Shown here piece after piece: positions 12,290-24,710 of a stretch of 64,000 nucleotides of DNA. The position numbers and the translations under genes are program-made. The stretch is from Squalus acanthias (Eukaryota). The stretch's first letter is position 1, and each line of letters opens with the position of its first letter. The notes under the pieces were generated by a model. The model ran no database searches and was not told the origin of the DNA. It saw nothing but the letters and a program-made list of their open reading frames with translations. Where the stretch lies: positions 136,278,001-136,342,000 of the forward strand of contig CM059432.1 of the NCBI GenBank assembly GCA_030390025.1. The letters run 5' to 3'.

Positions 12290-13553
12290 TAGAAAAAAGA
12301 TGGCTGAGGGGTGACCTGATAGAGGTTTATGACCTTTAAGATTATGAAGGGGTTTGCTGGGTTGACGTAGAGAAGATGGGGCGATCTTGCCAGCCCTGGG
12401 GAGGCGGGTTTGGAGGCGGGACTGCCGGGAAAATGGCAGAATCTGGGGGCGGGTGCCCATCCCGCCCCCAACCCGCCTCCGTGCCATCTTCCCAGAAGGC
12501 GGGTAGACGACCTGCGCCGGGTCTCGTCTCCTGGAGGCGGGAAGGGGATTACAGCCCTTAACTGCCTGTTAACAGGTAGTTAACAGGCAGTTAAGAGGAT
12601 TATCCCCATTTTTCCACCAGAGGCACGGGCTTCCCGACATCAGGAAACCCCGCCAGGGTCACCGAGGTGAGCAGTGGGTCTGTGGGGGTCGGAGGGGTGG
12701 AAAAGTGCGCTGTGGAGGTGAGTGATGGGTGCAAGTATGGTGAGGTAAGTGTGTGAGGTGAGTGGAAAGCGATAGAAAATGTTTACTTACCTTTGTTTCT
12801 TCCTGCAGGCTTCAACCGTTGGGGATGCGGAGAGTCTCGCATCTCACCGGCAGAGATGACAGATGGCTGCTGCATTCTCCGATACAGCAGCCATCTAATT
12901 TCTGCTCACAAAAGAGGTTTTATGAGTCTTGAATACAAGAGCTCATCAAACTACAGAGAATGTCAGTGTTTGACCGCTTCACAGAGCTGTCAAACGATGA
13001 CAATTCACCTGTCAAAAATTTTTGACAGATGAAACGTCATACGCTGACGTTCTCTGTAACCGGCTTCCCCTTAATTGGCCTGCTAAGCCCGCTGGGCGGG
13101 CTTAACAAGGTTAATCAAGGGAAAATATTGTGGGTTGGCCACAAGTCGATGGAGGCGGGACTGAAACCCGACAAGTGGGAGTCCCGCCTTCAAAAGCTCC
13201 CCATTGACAAAATCCAGCCCTATGTTTCCACTTGTGGGGAAGAACAAAACTGGTGGCCATCAATATAAGACAGTCACTAATAAATCCAATAAGGAATTCA
13301 GGAGAAATTTCTTTACCCAGAGAGTGGTTAGAATGTGGAACTCGCTACAACAAGGAGTAGTTGAGGTGAATAGCATAGATGCATTTAAGGGGAAGCTAGA
13401 TAAACACATGAGGGAGAAAGGAATAGAAGGATATGCTGATGGGGTTAGACAAAGACGGGTGGGAGGAGGCTCATGTGAAGCATAAACGCCGACATGGACC
13501 AGTTGGGCCGAATGGCCCGTTTCTGTGCTGTACAGTCTATGTAAGTCTATGTA
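12290..13553 (+). mobile_element. CR1 3' fragment interrupted by MITE A copy 2
   Basis: The CR1 sequence GTAGAGAAGAT|GTTTCCACTTGTGGGG is continuous across the insert. Tail CTATGTAAGTCTATGT. Confidence 0.85.
12378..13220 (+). mobile_element. MITE family A copy 2 (full length, ~843 bp)
   Basis: Imperfect TIRs GGGGCGATCTTGCCA and TGACAAAATCCAGCCC, with an imperfect 3-bp TSD GAT/TAT. Inserted into a CR1. Confidence 0.8.
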
Positions 13554-14194
13554 ACTCCTCAGTTTGGTATCTGTCTAAATAAACAGATGAGCTTATTTCT
13601 CAGAGTGAAAATCTGTGATTGTCGACAAATGATTCTTTGCACTTGTAGAACAATAGATAGTGCCAGCCAGGATAGTATAGATGGGGCGAGTGTCTCAGAA
13701 GTGAAAGCTTTATTCGATTGAGGGGAGTAGGCATTTTACACGGATTAATAAAACATAAAGATGAGGGCGACCTTTCTTGAATTCTTGTAAATGACAGTTT
13801 CAGCCTGGATTTATACACATGTGTTGCTGTTTATAATTAAACTTGCTTAAAAACCACTATAATATAATGATCTTTTAAAGGGGTGACTGTGGTTTTTTTT
13901 CTGGAGCATTTGCAATCCTTAGAACAGCCAAAAACAGCTGATGCCAACAGTCTACCATATTGACACAGTAAGAATAGTATGGGTAGCAGATACAATGGGC
14001 TGCACTTTATTCTCAGTTTGTTTTGAGGCTAAATGAAATTACAAGACCAATGTATGGAGAGAATCTGATCTGAATTGAAATTTTTCATTGACACATAAAT
14101 ATCAATGTTCTAATCTTCATGCACTTTGGTGGGAGGAGGAATAACTGCAGATTGCATTGATATTGAAATGAGCATTCCATCTGATTTAAAATAA

Positions 14195-14482
14195 ATCATT
14201 CTCGGGATGTGGGCGGCATTTATTGCCCATCCCTGGTTGCCCTTGAGAAGGTGGTGGTGAGCCGTCTTCTGGAACCGCTGTAGTCCGTGTGGTGAAGGTA
14301 TTCCCACAGTGCTGTTAGGGAGGGAGTGCCAGGATTTTGGCCCAGCGACGATGAAGGAACAGGAGATATATTTCCAAATCAGGATGGTGTGTGTGACTTG
14401 GAGAGAAACTTGGAGGTGCTGGTGTTCTCATGTTCCCCATGGGAGGTGCCGTCGAAGAAGCCTTGGCAAATTGCTGCAGTGA
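14195..14482 (-). mobile_element. LINE B 3' fragment
   Basis: SPHGLQRF...HHHLLKGN followed by the 3' UTR. Confidence 0.8.
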
Positions 14483-14700
14483 TTGACATGCTTTCAGATT
14501 TTGTAGTATCTGTTTGGTTTGTATGCTTTTTCATTCACAATCTCTTTGTTCCCTGTGTTGAGTCCATAAGCTGTGCTTGACTCCGAGATCTTTCACTGCT
14601 CAAATATTTTCTGACCTTTGCCTACTGAATGTAATTGGAAATTTATTGTGACTCCCCCAAAGCTACATTTTATTTGACTGCAGAAGTGAGACTTTTTTTA

Positions 14701-14970
14701 ACAACAACAACTTGTATTTATATAGCGCCTTTAACATAGTAAAACGTCCCAAGGTGCTTCACAGGAGCGATTATCAAACTAACTTTGACACCGAGCCACA
14801 TAAGGGAATATTAGGGCAGGTGACCAAAAGCTGGGTCAATGAGGTAGGTTTTAAGGAGCATCTTAAAGGAGGAGAGAGAGGTAGAGAGGGGGAGAGGTCC
14901 AGAGAGGGAATACCAGAGCTTATGGCCTGGCAGCTGAAGGCACGGCCGCCAACGGTGGAGTGATTAAAAT
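14701..14970 (-). mobile_element. L2-type LINE 3' end
   Basis: (CAA)n tail followed by TTGTATTTATATAGCGCCTTT. The same family occurs at 10690-10775, 16630-16865, 21840-22007, 29000-29152, 30380-30692 and 46070-46350. Confidence 0.8.
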
Positions 14971-14979
14971 CAAAAAACG

Positions 14980-15389
14980 GGGTACGGTAGCATAGTGGTT
15001 ATTTTAATGGACTGGTAATCCAGAGGCCTGGACTAATGATCCAGAGACACGAGTTCAAATCCCACCACAGCATCTGGGGAATTTAAACTCAATTAAATAA
15101 ATCTGGAATAAAAAGCTAGTATCAGTAATGGTGACCATTAAAACTTGTCGTAAAAACCCATCTGGTTCACTAATGTCCTTTAGGGAAGGAAATCTGTTGT
15201 CCTTACCCGGCTTGGCCTATCCGTGACTCCAGACCCACAGCAATCTGGTTGACTCTTAACTGCCCTCTGCCACTCCGTTGTATTCAAGAAGGCAGCTCAC
15301 CACCAACTTCTCAAGGGTAATTAGGGATTGGGCAATAAATGCTGGCCTTGCCAGCGACGCCCACATCCCGTGAATGAATTTAAAAAAAA
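14980..15389 (+). mobile_element. tRNA-derived SINE family C, full length
   Basis: A-box TAGCATAGTGG and B-box GAGTTCAAATCC. The 3' tail GGGCAATAAATGCTGGCCTTGCCAGCGACGCCCACATCCC is shared with LINE B. Confidence 0.85.
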
Positions 15390-17489
15390 TCGGGGATTAA
15401 AAGAGAGCTTGCCAATTATTTTTGGGTTGGATGCAAAATGAAGAACTGGGAGTGTCAGCCTGGATTACGTGCTCGGATCCCCGGAGGACCACAGCAATGT
15501 TATTTCAAAATGCAATACGGAATTGCTGCAAGATGTTGTGACTTTTCTACAATGGGTTTGTCTACTTGGAGACAGATGTGTTTTTTTTCTCCACAGCCAC
15601 TTGTCTGGTAGCGTTTTCCTCGTGAAGACTGTATGGAGGGAAGAAAATCACCAGTCATTTTTCAAGAATTCCCTATTGTATGTCCACTGCACAGTTGATC
15701 GAAACAAAACCACCAATGTGTCATTCACTTTCATTACATGAATTAGTCATGTATATAACAGAAGGAATTGAACGAAAATTTATTGAACAAAAGTATGGAT
15801 TTTTGTAATCAAATCTTCATGACAGGCACAGCACATTTGTGGCTTTTCTAATTTGATTCAATGCAGTGCGAAAATAAATATTTCAATAATTACATTATTA
15901 GGCCAATTTTCCTATTTTAAGACATTTTGGGGGGTGCAGAAAAAGTATGGCAACTACAAATAAGGATTGCAATGCCTCTGTGCTCCATTCTTACTGGTAC
16001 TGGTTAACACATTCACATCAAATTCACGTCTACAGCAATTTAGTGAAGTGGTTAAGCTGTTTATTTAAAATAGGGTAACAACTTATCAAAACAGCACACA
16101 CAAGAATTGGAAGGGAACACATTAACCGTTGTGCTAAAATTAAGCGTGGAGAGGAATTTTCCCCTCATAGTTATTGCCCAGTAGATAGTTCTCCGATTTT
16201 CAGTATTTCATAAAATTGGTTTTCTGCCAAAGTTACGTTAAATGGAATCATGAATATTGAACAGTTTAAAACCACAAGGATCTTTGGTAATGGGTGTGAA
16301 TTTTTTCCAGTTGCTGATAACTGAAGTTAAATGGTACACCACATCTACACTGCGACACAAGGTATGCTTCAGGGCTCTTAAGCTTTATATTTTAATGCAT
16401 TCATTAATGAAAAGGCAAGATGAAATTATGGGTTCAAAAAGCTGTGTGGGCATAACAATTTCTGGACTGAATTCAACAAAATAATCATTCAAAAGACAAG
16501 ATCGATGACTTGGGCCTCTAGAATGAGGCTTCACAAACTGACAAAAGTGGCCTAATTTCTGTAATAAAGATCTGGTAGACAAGGTCAGTGGTGGAGTTGT
16601 ACCCCCTTAAAAATGATTGACTTCTGTAACAACATCAACAACTTGCATTTATATAGCGCCTTTACCATAGTAAAACGTCCCAAGGCGCTTCACAGGAGTG
16701 ACACCGAGCCACATAAGGTGATATTAGGTCAGATGACCAAAAAAAGCTTTGGTCAAAGAGGTAGGTTTTAAGGAGCGTCTTAAAGGAGCAGTGAGAGGTG
16801 GAGAGGCGGAGAGGTTTAGGGAGGGAATTCCAGAGCTTAGGGCCCAGGCAGCTGAAGGCACGGCTGCAAAGTAATCTCATGTCATAGGAAGTTAAGAAAT
16901 AAACAAGGGACCATTTAAACTCACTCCGCCCCAGGGCAGTAGTGGCCTGAAAATTATGTTGGGTCACTTACCGCCCGATTTATATTGGCGCTCCAGTCGT
17001 CGCTATCTTGGGACGAGTCCTGAGACGGGTAGCTGAAGCACCCACCTGTTTAAGACAGGAGGTCACTTGTCTCATGCAAGTTTGGGTGCTAGGACGTACA
17101 TAAGGCCCTGATTGCAATTCCGAGGTACAAATAGGTGGAGCGTGCACCTTGCATGTTCTGCCCATTTATACCAGTTGTTCAGTGGCCTGACCAGTGGTCC
17201 TTAAAGGGGCTGCTGGAAGCCGCTCAGAAAACAGCCCAGGAAATGTTTAACGTTTTTTTTAGTGGGGGCTGGAGGAACAAGTGTGCTCCTCCTGGGCCTG
17301 TTGCTGGCTTGTCCGAGGTTTCCCCCCACCGCCCCCCCCCACCTTCCCGAATCACTTGGCCCCTCCCCCAGGCTCTGACTTTTGGTCGGTGTGGGAGCTG
17401 GCCGATATCCTGTTGCCCCACATCTGGCAAAGAAGTAATCATGCAAAAACTCCAAAAATGTCCATCCAGCCCTACAACCTCCGGTATTC

Positions 17490-17526
17490 AGTTCTGACGA
17501 AGGGTTATTGACCTGAAATGTTAACT
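17490..17526 (+). ncRNA. Minimal hammerhead ribozyme motif in a Penelope-type repeat (~17487-17592)
   Basis: AGTT-CTGACGA-A-GGGT(TATTG)ACCT-GAAA-TG-TT-AACT: intact core, stem I AGTT/AACT, stem II present. Confidence 0.65.
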
Positions 17527-17629
17527 CTGTTTCTCTCTCTACAGATGCTGCCTGGCCTGCTGAGTATTTCCAGCATTTTCTGTTTTTATTCCAGTATTCA
17601 GTGCTGGTCAGATGGCTGCCAGAAATGAC

Positions 17630-19292
17630 AACCTCGTGGACGTGGCAGGTAACATTCGCGCCACAGAAGTGCCAGGCAATGACTATCTCCAACAAGCGAG
17701 AGTCTAAACACCGCCCCTTGACATTCAAATGCATTACCATCGCTGAATCCCCCACCATCAACATCCTGGGGTCACCATTGACCAGAAACATTAACTGGAC
17801 CAGCCACATAAATACTGTGGCAACAAGAGCAGGTCAGAGGCTAGGTATTCTGTGGCGAGTGTCTCACCTCCTGACTCCCCAAAGTCTTTCTACCATCTAC
17901 AAGGCACAAGTATGGAGTGTGATGGAATACTCTCTACTTGCCTGGATGAGTGCAGCTCCAACAACACTCAAGAAGCTCGACACCATCCAGGACAAAGCAG
18001 CCTGCTTGATTGGCACCCCCTCTACCACCTTAAACATCCATTCCCTCCACCACTGGCGTACCGTGGCTGCAGTGTGTACCATCTACAAGATGCACTGCAG
18101 CAACTCGCCAAGACTTCTTCGGCAGCACCTCCCAAACCCGCAACCTCTTCCACCTAAAAGGACAAAGGCAGCAGATGCATGGGAACACTATCACTTCCAA
18201 GTTCCACTCGAAGTCACACATCATCCTGACTTAGAAGTATATCAGCAATCCTTCATCGTCGCTGGGTCAAAGTCCTGGAACACCCTCCCTAAGCTGTAGA
18301 CTTCAGGAAGATATCAATAAATTGGTCAGGTGGGCAGAACAGTGGCAAATGGAATTCAAACCGCAGAAGTGTGAGGTAATGCATTTGGGGAGGGCTAACA
18401 AGGAAAGGGAATACACATTAAATAGTAGGACACTGAGTAGTGTAGAGGAACAAAGAGACCTTAGAGTGCATGTCCACAGATCCCTGAAGGTAGCAGGCCA
18501 AGTAGATAAGGTGGTTAAGAAGGCATACGGAATGCTTGCCTTTATTAGCCGTGGCATAGAATACAAGAGCAGGGGGGTTATGCTTCAACTGTATAAAACA
18601 CTAGTTAGGCCTCAGCTAGAGTACTGCGTGCAGTTCTGGTCACCATATTACAGGAAAGATGTGATTGCACTAGAGAGAGTACAGAGGAGATTTACAAGGA
18701 TGTTGCCGGGAGTAGAGAATCTTAGCTATGAGGAAAGACTGGATAGGCTGCGTCTGTTTTCCTTGGAACAGAGGAGGCTGAGGGGAGACCTTATTGAGGT
18801 GTATAAAATTATGAGGGGCATAGATAAAGTGGATAGAAAGGACCTATTTCCCTTAGCAGAGGGGTCAAAATCAAGGGGCACAGATTTTAAGTAATTCGGG
18901 GAAGGTTTAGAGGGGATTTGAGGGGAAATTTCTTCACCCAGAGGGTTGTGGGAGTCTGGAACTCACTGCCTGAAAGGGTGGTAGAGGCAGGAACCCTAAC
19001 CACATTTAAAAAGTACTTGGATGTACACTTGGGATGCTCTAACCTGCAGGGCTACGGACCAAGAGCTGGGAAGTGGGATTAGGCTGGAGAGCTCTTTGTT
19101 GGCCGGCGCAGACACGATGGGCCGAAATGGCCTCCTTCCGTGCTGTAACTTTCTATGATTCTATGAACAGCACACTGACTGCAGCGGTTCAAGAAGGTGG
19201 CTCACCACCACCTTCTCAAGGGCAATTAGTGATGGGCAATAAATGCTGGCCTTGCCAGCGACGCCCACATCCCATAAAAAACAAATAAAAAA
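17630..19292 (+). mobile_element. LINE B fragment (17630-18293, resuming 19166-19292) interrupted by a CR1
   Basis: WQVTFAPQKCQAMTIS...SWNTLP; the tail resumes at AACAGCAC after the CR1. Confidence 0.9.
18293..19165 (+). mobile_element. CR1 LINE 3' fragment nested in LINE B
   Basis: ORF 18322-18894 reads WAEQWQMEF...[28 protein letters not shown] tail. Confidence 0.92.
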
Positions 19293-19559
19293 ACAGGACA
19301 GGAACCATTACAGTCCATCAAGTACCGCTGATCATATATGCTTCATTTTCTTTCTGGATTGTTCTGGTAAATGCGCTACACTTTATTCCTTTATTTCTCA
19401 ATGTAAGGCATGTAGAAGGTGTATTGCCTTTTGCCAGTAAATTATTTAAATAGCCAGTTGGAGTGGCATTTCCATTTATGGCCTATTTCTTACAATCCTT
19501 TACAATAAACATAATAGCTTGGAAATAATAATAAGTTACAGTCGACGATATTAGCAGCT

Positions 19560-20411
19560 AAATAATAAACTTGCTGAATGGGCATATAATTGGCAAATGA
19601 AATTCAACACAGATAAATGTGAGCTATTACATTTTGGTAAGAAAAATAGGGAGATCACATATTACTTAGAAAATAGAAATCTAAATGGGGTAGAAGAGCA
19701 AAGGGATCTCGGAGTACAAATACACAAATCACTAAAAGTAGCGACACAGGTTAGCAAGGCCATAAAAAAGCAAACCAAGCACTAGGGTTTATTCCTAGAG
19801 GGATAGAATTGAAAAGTAGGGAAGTTATGCTAAACTTGTTTGAACCTTGGTTAGACCACACTTGGAGTACTGGGTACAATTCTGGTCGCCATATTATAAA
19901 AAGGATATAGAGGCACTGGAGAGGGTGCAAAAAAGATTTACAAGTATGATACCAGAAATGCGAACCAGGAACGGATGAACTGGCTGGGTCTCTTTTTTCT
20001 TGAAAAGAGAAGGTTGAGGGGTGATCTCATAAAGGTCTTTAAAATTATGAAAGGTTTTGATAGAGTAGATATAGAGAGAATGTTTCCACTTGTGGGGAAG
20101 AGCAAAAGTAGAGACCATCAATATAAGATAGTCACCAAGAAATCCAATAGGGAATTCAGAAGAAACTTCTTTACCCAGAGAGTGGTGAGAATGTGGAACT
20201 CGCTACCACAGGGAGTGGTTGAAGCGAATAGTATAGATGCATTTAAGGGGAGGCTAGACAAGCATATGAGGGAGAAGGGACTAGAGGGTTATGCTGACAG
20301 ATTTAGATGAGGAAAGACGGGAGGAGGCTCGAGTGGAGCATAAACGCCAGCATGGACTGGTTGGGCCGAATGGCCTGTTTCTGTGCTGTATATCCTATGT
20401 AATCCTATGTA
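19560..20411 (+). mobile_element. CR1 LINE 3' fragment
   Basis: WQMKFNTDKCE...NFFTQRVVRMWNSLP; CCTATGTAATCCTATGT tail. Confidence 0.9.
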
Positions 20412-21080
20412 AATGCTAAGCACCTTCATATGACATTCCTCTTCTACCTTAACAGACTCATTGGCCGTGAATTTGCCGGTGCTCAGAGGCAGGGTTTGGA
20501 GGCGGGTCCGCTGTCAAAATAGCAAAGAAGTTTGTTATAAACTGCCTAATGGCTCTTAAAACATTGGTCAAAGCAATTCCATACAAATGCACAAAGTGCT
20601 GTTATGCTGATATTCCACAACATTATCTCAAGGGCAAACAATCTTAATGGTGCTGTCACATATGTAGAATCAATGCCAAAATAATAATTCAGTTATGAGT
20701 ACTAAACAGATAGCAACATCAATACAGACAGGACATCCGGCCCACCCTCCTCCGGCCCCCACGCCCCAATTATTCCCCCTATAAGTAAAGAACATTTCCA
20801 TTAATCCATAAGCATAGATGATTAGAATTAAACATCACCTCTTAAAAATAAGTTTTACCATCAGTTGTTTTAAAAGTCAAGAGTGAAAAAGAATTATGAG
20901 CAACTCTCATATCCCATTTTCGTGTCTTTCTGCCGTGACTGCATGGTGGGGGAGAGTGGCGCAATTGTTTTTAATTTAATACTTTTATTTAAAAGGCCGG
21001 GTACTGATGACATCGTTGGAGAACTGTTATTTTTTGACATTGTGTTTCAGTGATCATGTTATTTCAACAATATAGATAGT

Positions 21081-21784
21081 GGCCCGTATATTCCGATGCC
21101 TACAGGTGTGTACGAGCTGTGTACACACCCGTAGGGACATCGGAAATGCCCGTTTCAGGCTTGTGAAGTGCATGCGCTGAAAACCGGTAGTGTCAATCTG
21201 TCAAGAATGCTCTTGACAGATTGCACGCCTGCCCTGGAAAAAAGCCTCTGCGGGCAGATAGTTCCGCTTTCTGGAGAACCTCCGCCCGCAGTCAACCCTT
21301 AGAAATCTTGCGCCTGGTAAAAGCAAGCGTAAGGTCTGCTTTTACCAGCATAAGAGTTGAAAAAGTAAAAAAAAAAAAATTTCACTCATTTATAATTTAA
21401 AAATACTTTTAAAAAAGGGAAGTTTATTTTTAGCCCAATAAAATGTAATTTTAACTAATTTTAAAAACATGATGGTTTTTAAAAATGTATTTAATGTTTT
21501 GATGTGTTTTTGGGGTGATCTCCATTCATACTTTTGACAGGTCTATCTGTCAAAAGTATGAAGGGATATTCCCTTCTCCTATTGGCTGGCCTGGCCCACA
21601 TGATTCCCAGGGACGCTTGCGAACCGCCTGCGCCCCTTGGATACGTGGGCCCTGCGCATTTCGACTGTGGAGAGGCCCAGGATCGGAAGTGTCCGGACCT
21701 CGGGAACCCTCAGGTAAGGGCGTAGATTTTTTTCCGATAGGAGGCATCCGCACGCGGGAAGCCTCCTAACGGAAATTATGGGCC
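21081..21784. mobile_element. Harbinger-type MITE
   Basis: TIRs GGCCCGTATATTCCG and CGGAAATTATGGGCC (12/15 complementary), AT-rich core, flanked by a 40-bp direct repeat. Confidence 0.7.
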
Positions 21785-22017
21785 ATTGTGTTTCAGTGAT
21801 CATGTTATTTCAACAATATAGATATTAATTTAGTTCTCATGGTCTGGAATTCCCTCCCTTAAATCCCACCTCTTTGACCAAGCTTTTGGTCACCAGTCCT
21901 AACATCTCCTTATGTGGCTCGGTGTCAAATTTTCTTTGATAATCGCTCCTGTGAAGCGCCTTGGGACGTTTTACTTTGTTAAAGGTGCAAGTTGTTGTTG
22001 TTGTTGTCAGACTTAGT

Positions 22018-22980
22018 GGGGGCAATTTTCGCCAAATAATTTAGGCGCTAAAGAGGTAAACAGGTGGCCAGGATGGGGCCTTAAGCTGAAACGCCGGTTT
22101 AGCCTGCATTTAGCGCAAGAAGGCATTTTGATAAAGGAGTTGAAGCCAGCGCTAGGAACGCCCGCTTGTTAAACAGCTGATTGCCACTTAAACTGCCTGT
22201 TAGCACTCATTATAGAGGCTGCAAGGCATTTTGGTGGCCAGCGCTTCAACTAACACCCTCTCCTAACAGCGACCAGCTGTTTGGGAGTAAACATGACGTT
22301 GATGTCGATTTGAAGCGCTACTTAAAGGGATACTCACCACTTAAAGGTATACTCACCATTTCATGGTTATTGCTGCTGGAGCTGTGAAAAGGACCTCTGA
22401 AACACATCGGGAGACTTTCTGGGACACTTTGTCAAGACTTCACCAACACTCGAGCAACATTTATTTCAGAAATTCCCTGAGAAGTGCTGTGCTACTCCAC
22501 CTTATTGGAAACCTTATAGGAGTCACCAGGAGAAAGGGAGTGCTTTGTCATCGGCATCTTGCTAGGGGGTCCCACTTGGTTTGGATGAGGAATAAGAGAT
22601 GAGGCCAGGCAGAGCAGCACCAGCGGCTGTAAGAGAGAGGGACAGGAGAGCGAGGAGGGCGAGGTGGCATCCTTCCACCCCCTGCGGGTACAGAACCTCC
22701 CTCCTCCTCTAGACCTCCTCCACCAGGACCTCCAGTGCCGCATCCGAGAATCAGTGCGCCCTCTCCCTCAGTCCCTGAGCCATCTTGCAACGTGCTGCTG
22801 TGTGCCAGCCAGAGCACTCCACACCTTCAGTGGAAGTGGGTGCGAGGAGCCCACACATACTGCTCCACGAAAATTGCGTCTAATCAGCATTTGCCTGCTA
22901 AACCTGCAGGTTTCTGGTTTAGCACCTCCAGACAAGTTCAAATTATGGTAATCAGCAATTAGGGCCAAAATTGTGTGCTA
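22018..22980. mobile_element. Harbinger-derived remnant with a Myb/SANT-like fragment
   Basis: Left end GGGGGCAATTTT. Minus strand ~22680-22755 reads FSDAALEVLVEEV*RRREVLYPQG, homologous to the remnant at 9490-9727. Confidence 0.6.
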
Positions 22981-23179
22981 AATCCCGACTTTCAAACAGG
23001 GTAGTCTTATTAGCACTGCACACATTTAGTGCCTGTTTTCACCCTTTGGCCAAAATAACCCCCACAGTAACTCAGTTGTCCAGACAATGTCATCGGTAAT
23101 CGCGGCTTTAATAAAAATATTAAAAAATAAAATCCACAGAAGTTGATTCAGAAGAAATGGCAGACAATTAGAAGTCTTT

Positions 23180-24710
23180 GGCCTGGAATTTGCGGTGGGT
23201 AGTAACAGCGAACGAGCAGCGTTCACTGTTGTTACCCCTTTGAAACTGACCGCAACTTCAGGATTTATTCGCACGCGCATGCTAACACGGAAATCCTGAA
23301 GTTGCGGTCAGTCATTCCATGCTCCGACACTGGCTGCGCTGTGCCACCCCCCATAGCCGGCAATCAGTGTAATCTGTGAAACTGATGAAAACTGGGGCTT
23401 TTCCGCGGTAATATCGCTGTTAAATACCCCATTAAAAGTTAGGCCTTGTTGGATTAGGTCTAACTGGGGTTTTAACAGCGTATTGATTGCTAAACAAACG
23501 TTATGGCTCTGAAAAACTAATTTTAATTTGGTGGAGTGTCAGATTTCTCCTTTATAATAAAAATAAATTTTTTTAAGAAACTTTTAAAAAGTTATAATTT
23601 TTAAAAGTTTGTTCATATTTATTTCAGGTTTACCTTTTCCCCATGTGAGAGCCCAAATCTTTGTTATGCTCTCTAACATTTTTAAAGTCAGAATAAAAGG
23701 TGATTCATCATTTCCTGGTTTCCTGTCTCTGGGAATTGTGCATTGTAGGCTGGATTTTGCCAATGGGGAGCTTTTGGAGGCGGGACTCCCACTTGTCGGG
23801 TTTCAGTCCCGCCTCCATCAACTTCTGGCCAACCTACGCTATTTTCCCTTGATTGACCTTGTTAAGCCTGCCCAGCGGGTTTAGCAGGCCAATTAAGGGA
23901 AAGCCGGTTACAGAGAATGTCAACGTATGATGTTTCATCTGTCAAAAACTTTTGACAGATGAATTGTCATTGTTTGACAGCTTTGTGAAGCTGTCAAACA
24001 CCGACATTCTCTGTAGTTTGATGAGTTCTTGAATTCAAGACTCATCAAAGCTCTTTCTTTTGCAGAAATTTTGCATTGGAGAATGCAACGGCCATCTGTC
24101 ATCTCTGCCGCGGTGGTGCGAGACTCTCCGCACACCCAACAAAGGTAAGTAAACTTTTTCTAACACTTTCCACTTACCTCACATACTCACCTCTCCACAC
24201 TTGCACCCATCACTTACCTTCACAGCGCACTTTTGTACCCCTCCGACCCCCGCAGACCCACTACTCGCCTCGGTGACCCTGGCAGGGTTCGGAGCCTTCG
24301 GGAAGCCCGCACTTGTGTGGGTAAAATGGGGATAATCCTCTTATCTGCCTGTTAACTACCTGTTAACAGGCAGATAAGTGGCACTAATCCCTTCCCGCCT
24401 CCAAGGAGACGGGACCCGGCGCGGGTCGGCTACCCGCCTCCTGGCAAGGTGGCACGGAGGCGGGTTGGGGCGGGTGCAGTCCCGCCTCCCCAGGGCTGGC
24501 AAGATCGCGCCCTGTGATTGGTTGCTTAGACAGCGTGTTGGCATCACAGCAGCTCGCGCTGTGGAACTCCCCACTACACTACACTGATCTCACTTGCACG
24601 TCGAAAAAGCCAAACTTCTCACCACAGAGATGGCAAGATCTTTGCGGGCAGCTTTCTCTGGGGCCAGCGGCGACCGCCTTTTCTTCGTCGCTGACCGCAA
24701 ATTACAGGCC
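23180..24710. mobile_element. Harbinger-type MITE family B, host of nested MITE A copy 3
   Basis: TIRs GGCCTGGAATTTGCGGT and ACCGCAAATTACAGGCC (16/17), TSD TTT. Confidence 0.85.
23747..24512 (-). mobile_element. MITE family A copy 3 (nested)
   Basis: Reverse complement of 12378-13220. Ends AGGCTGGATTTTGCCA and TGGCAAGATCGCGCCC, TSD TGT (23744-23746, 24513-24515). Confidence 0.85.

Noticed and set aside
15469..15741. Strong splice-acceptor-like tracts on both strands
   Set aside because: The translations are unrecognisable, and such signals are common by chance.
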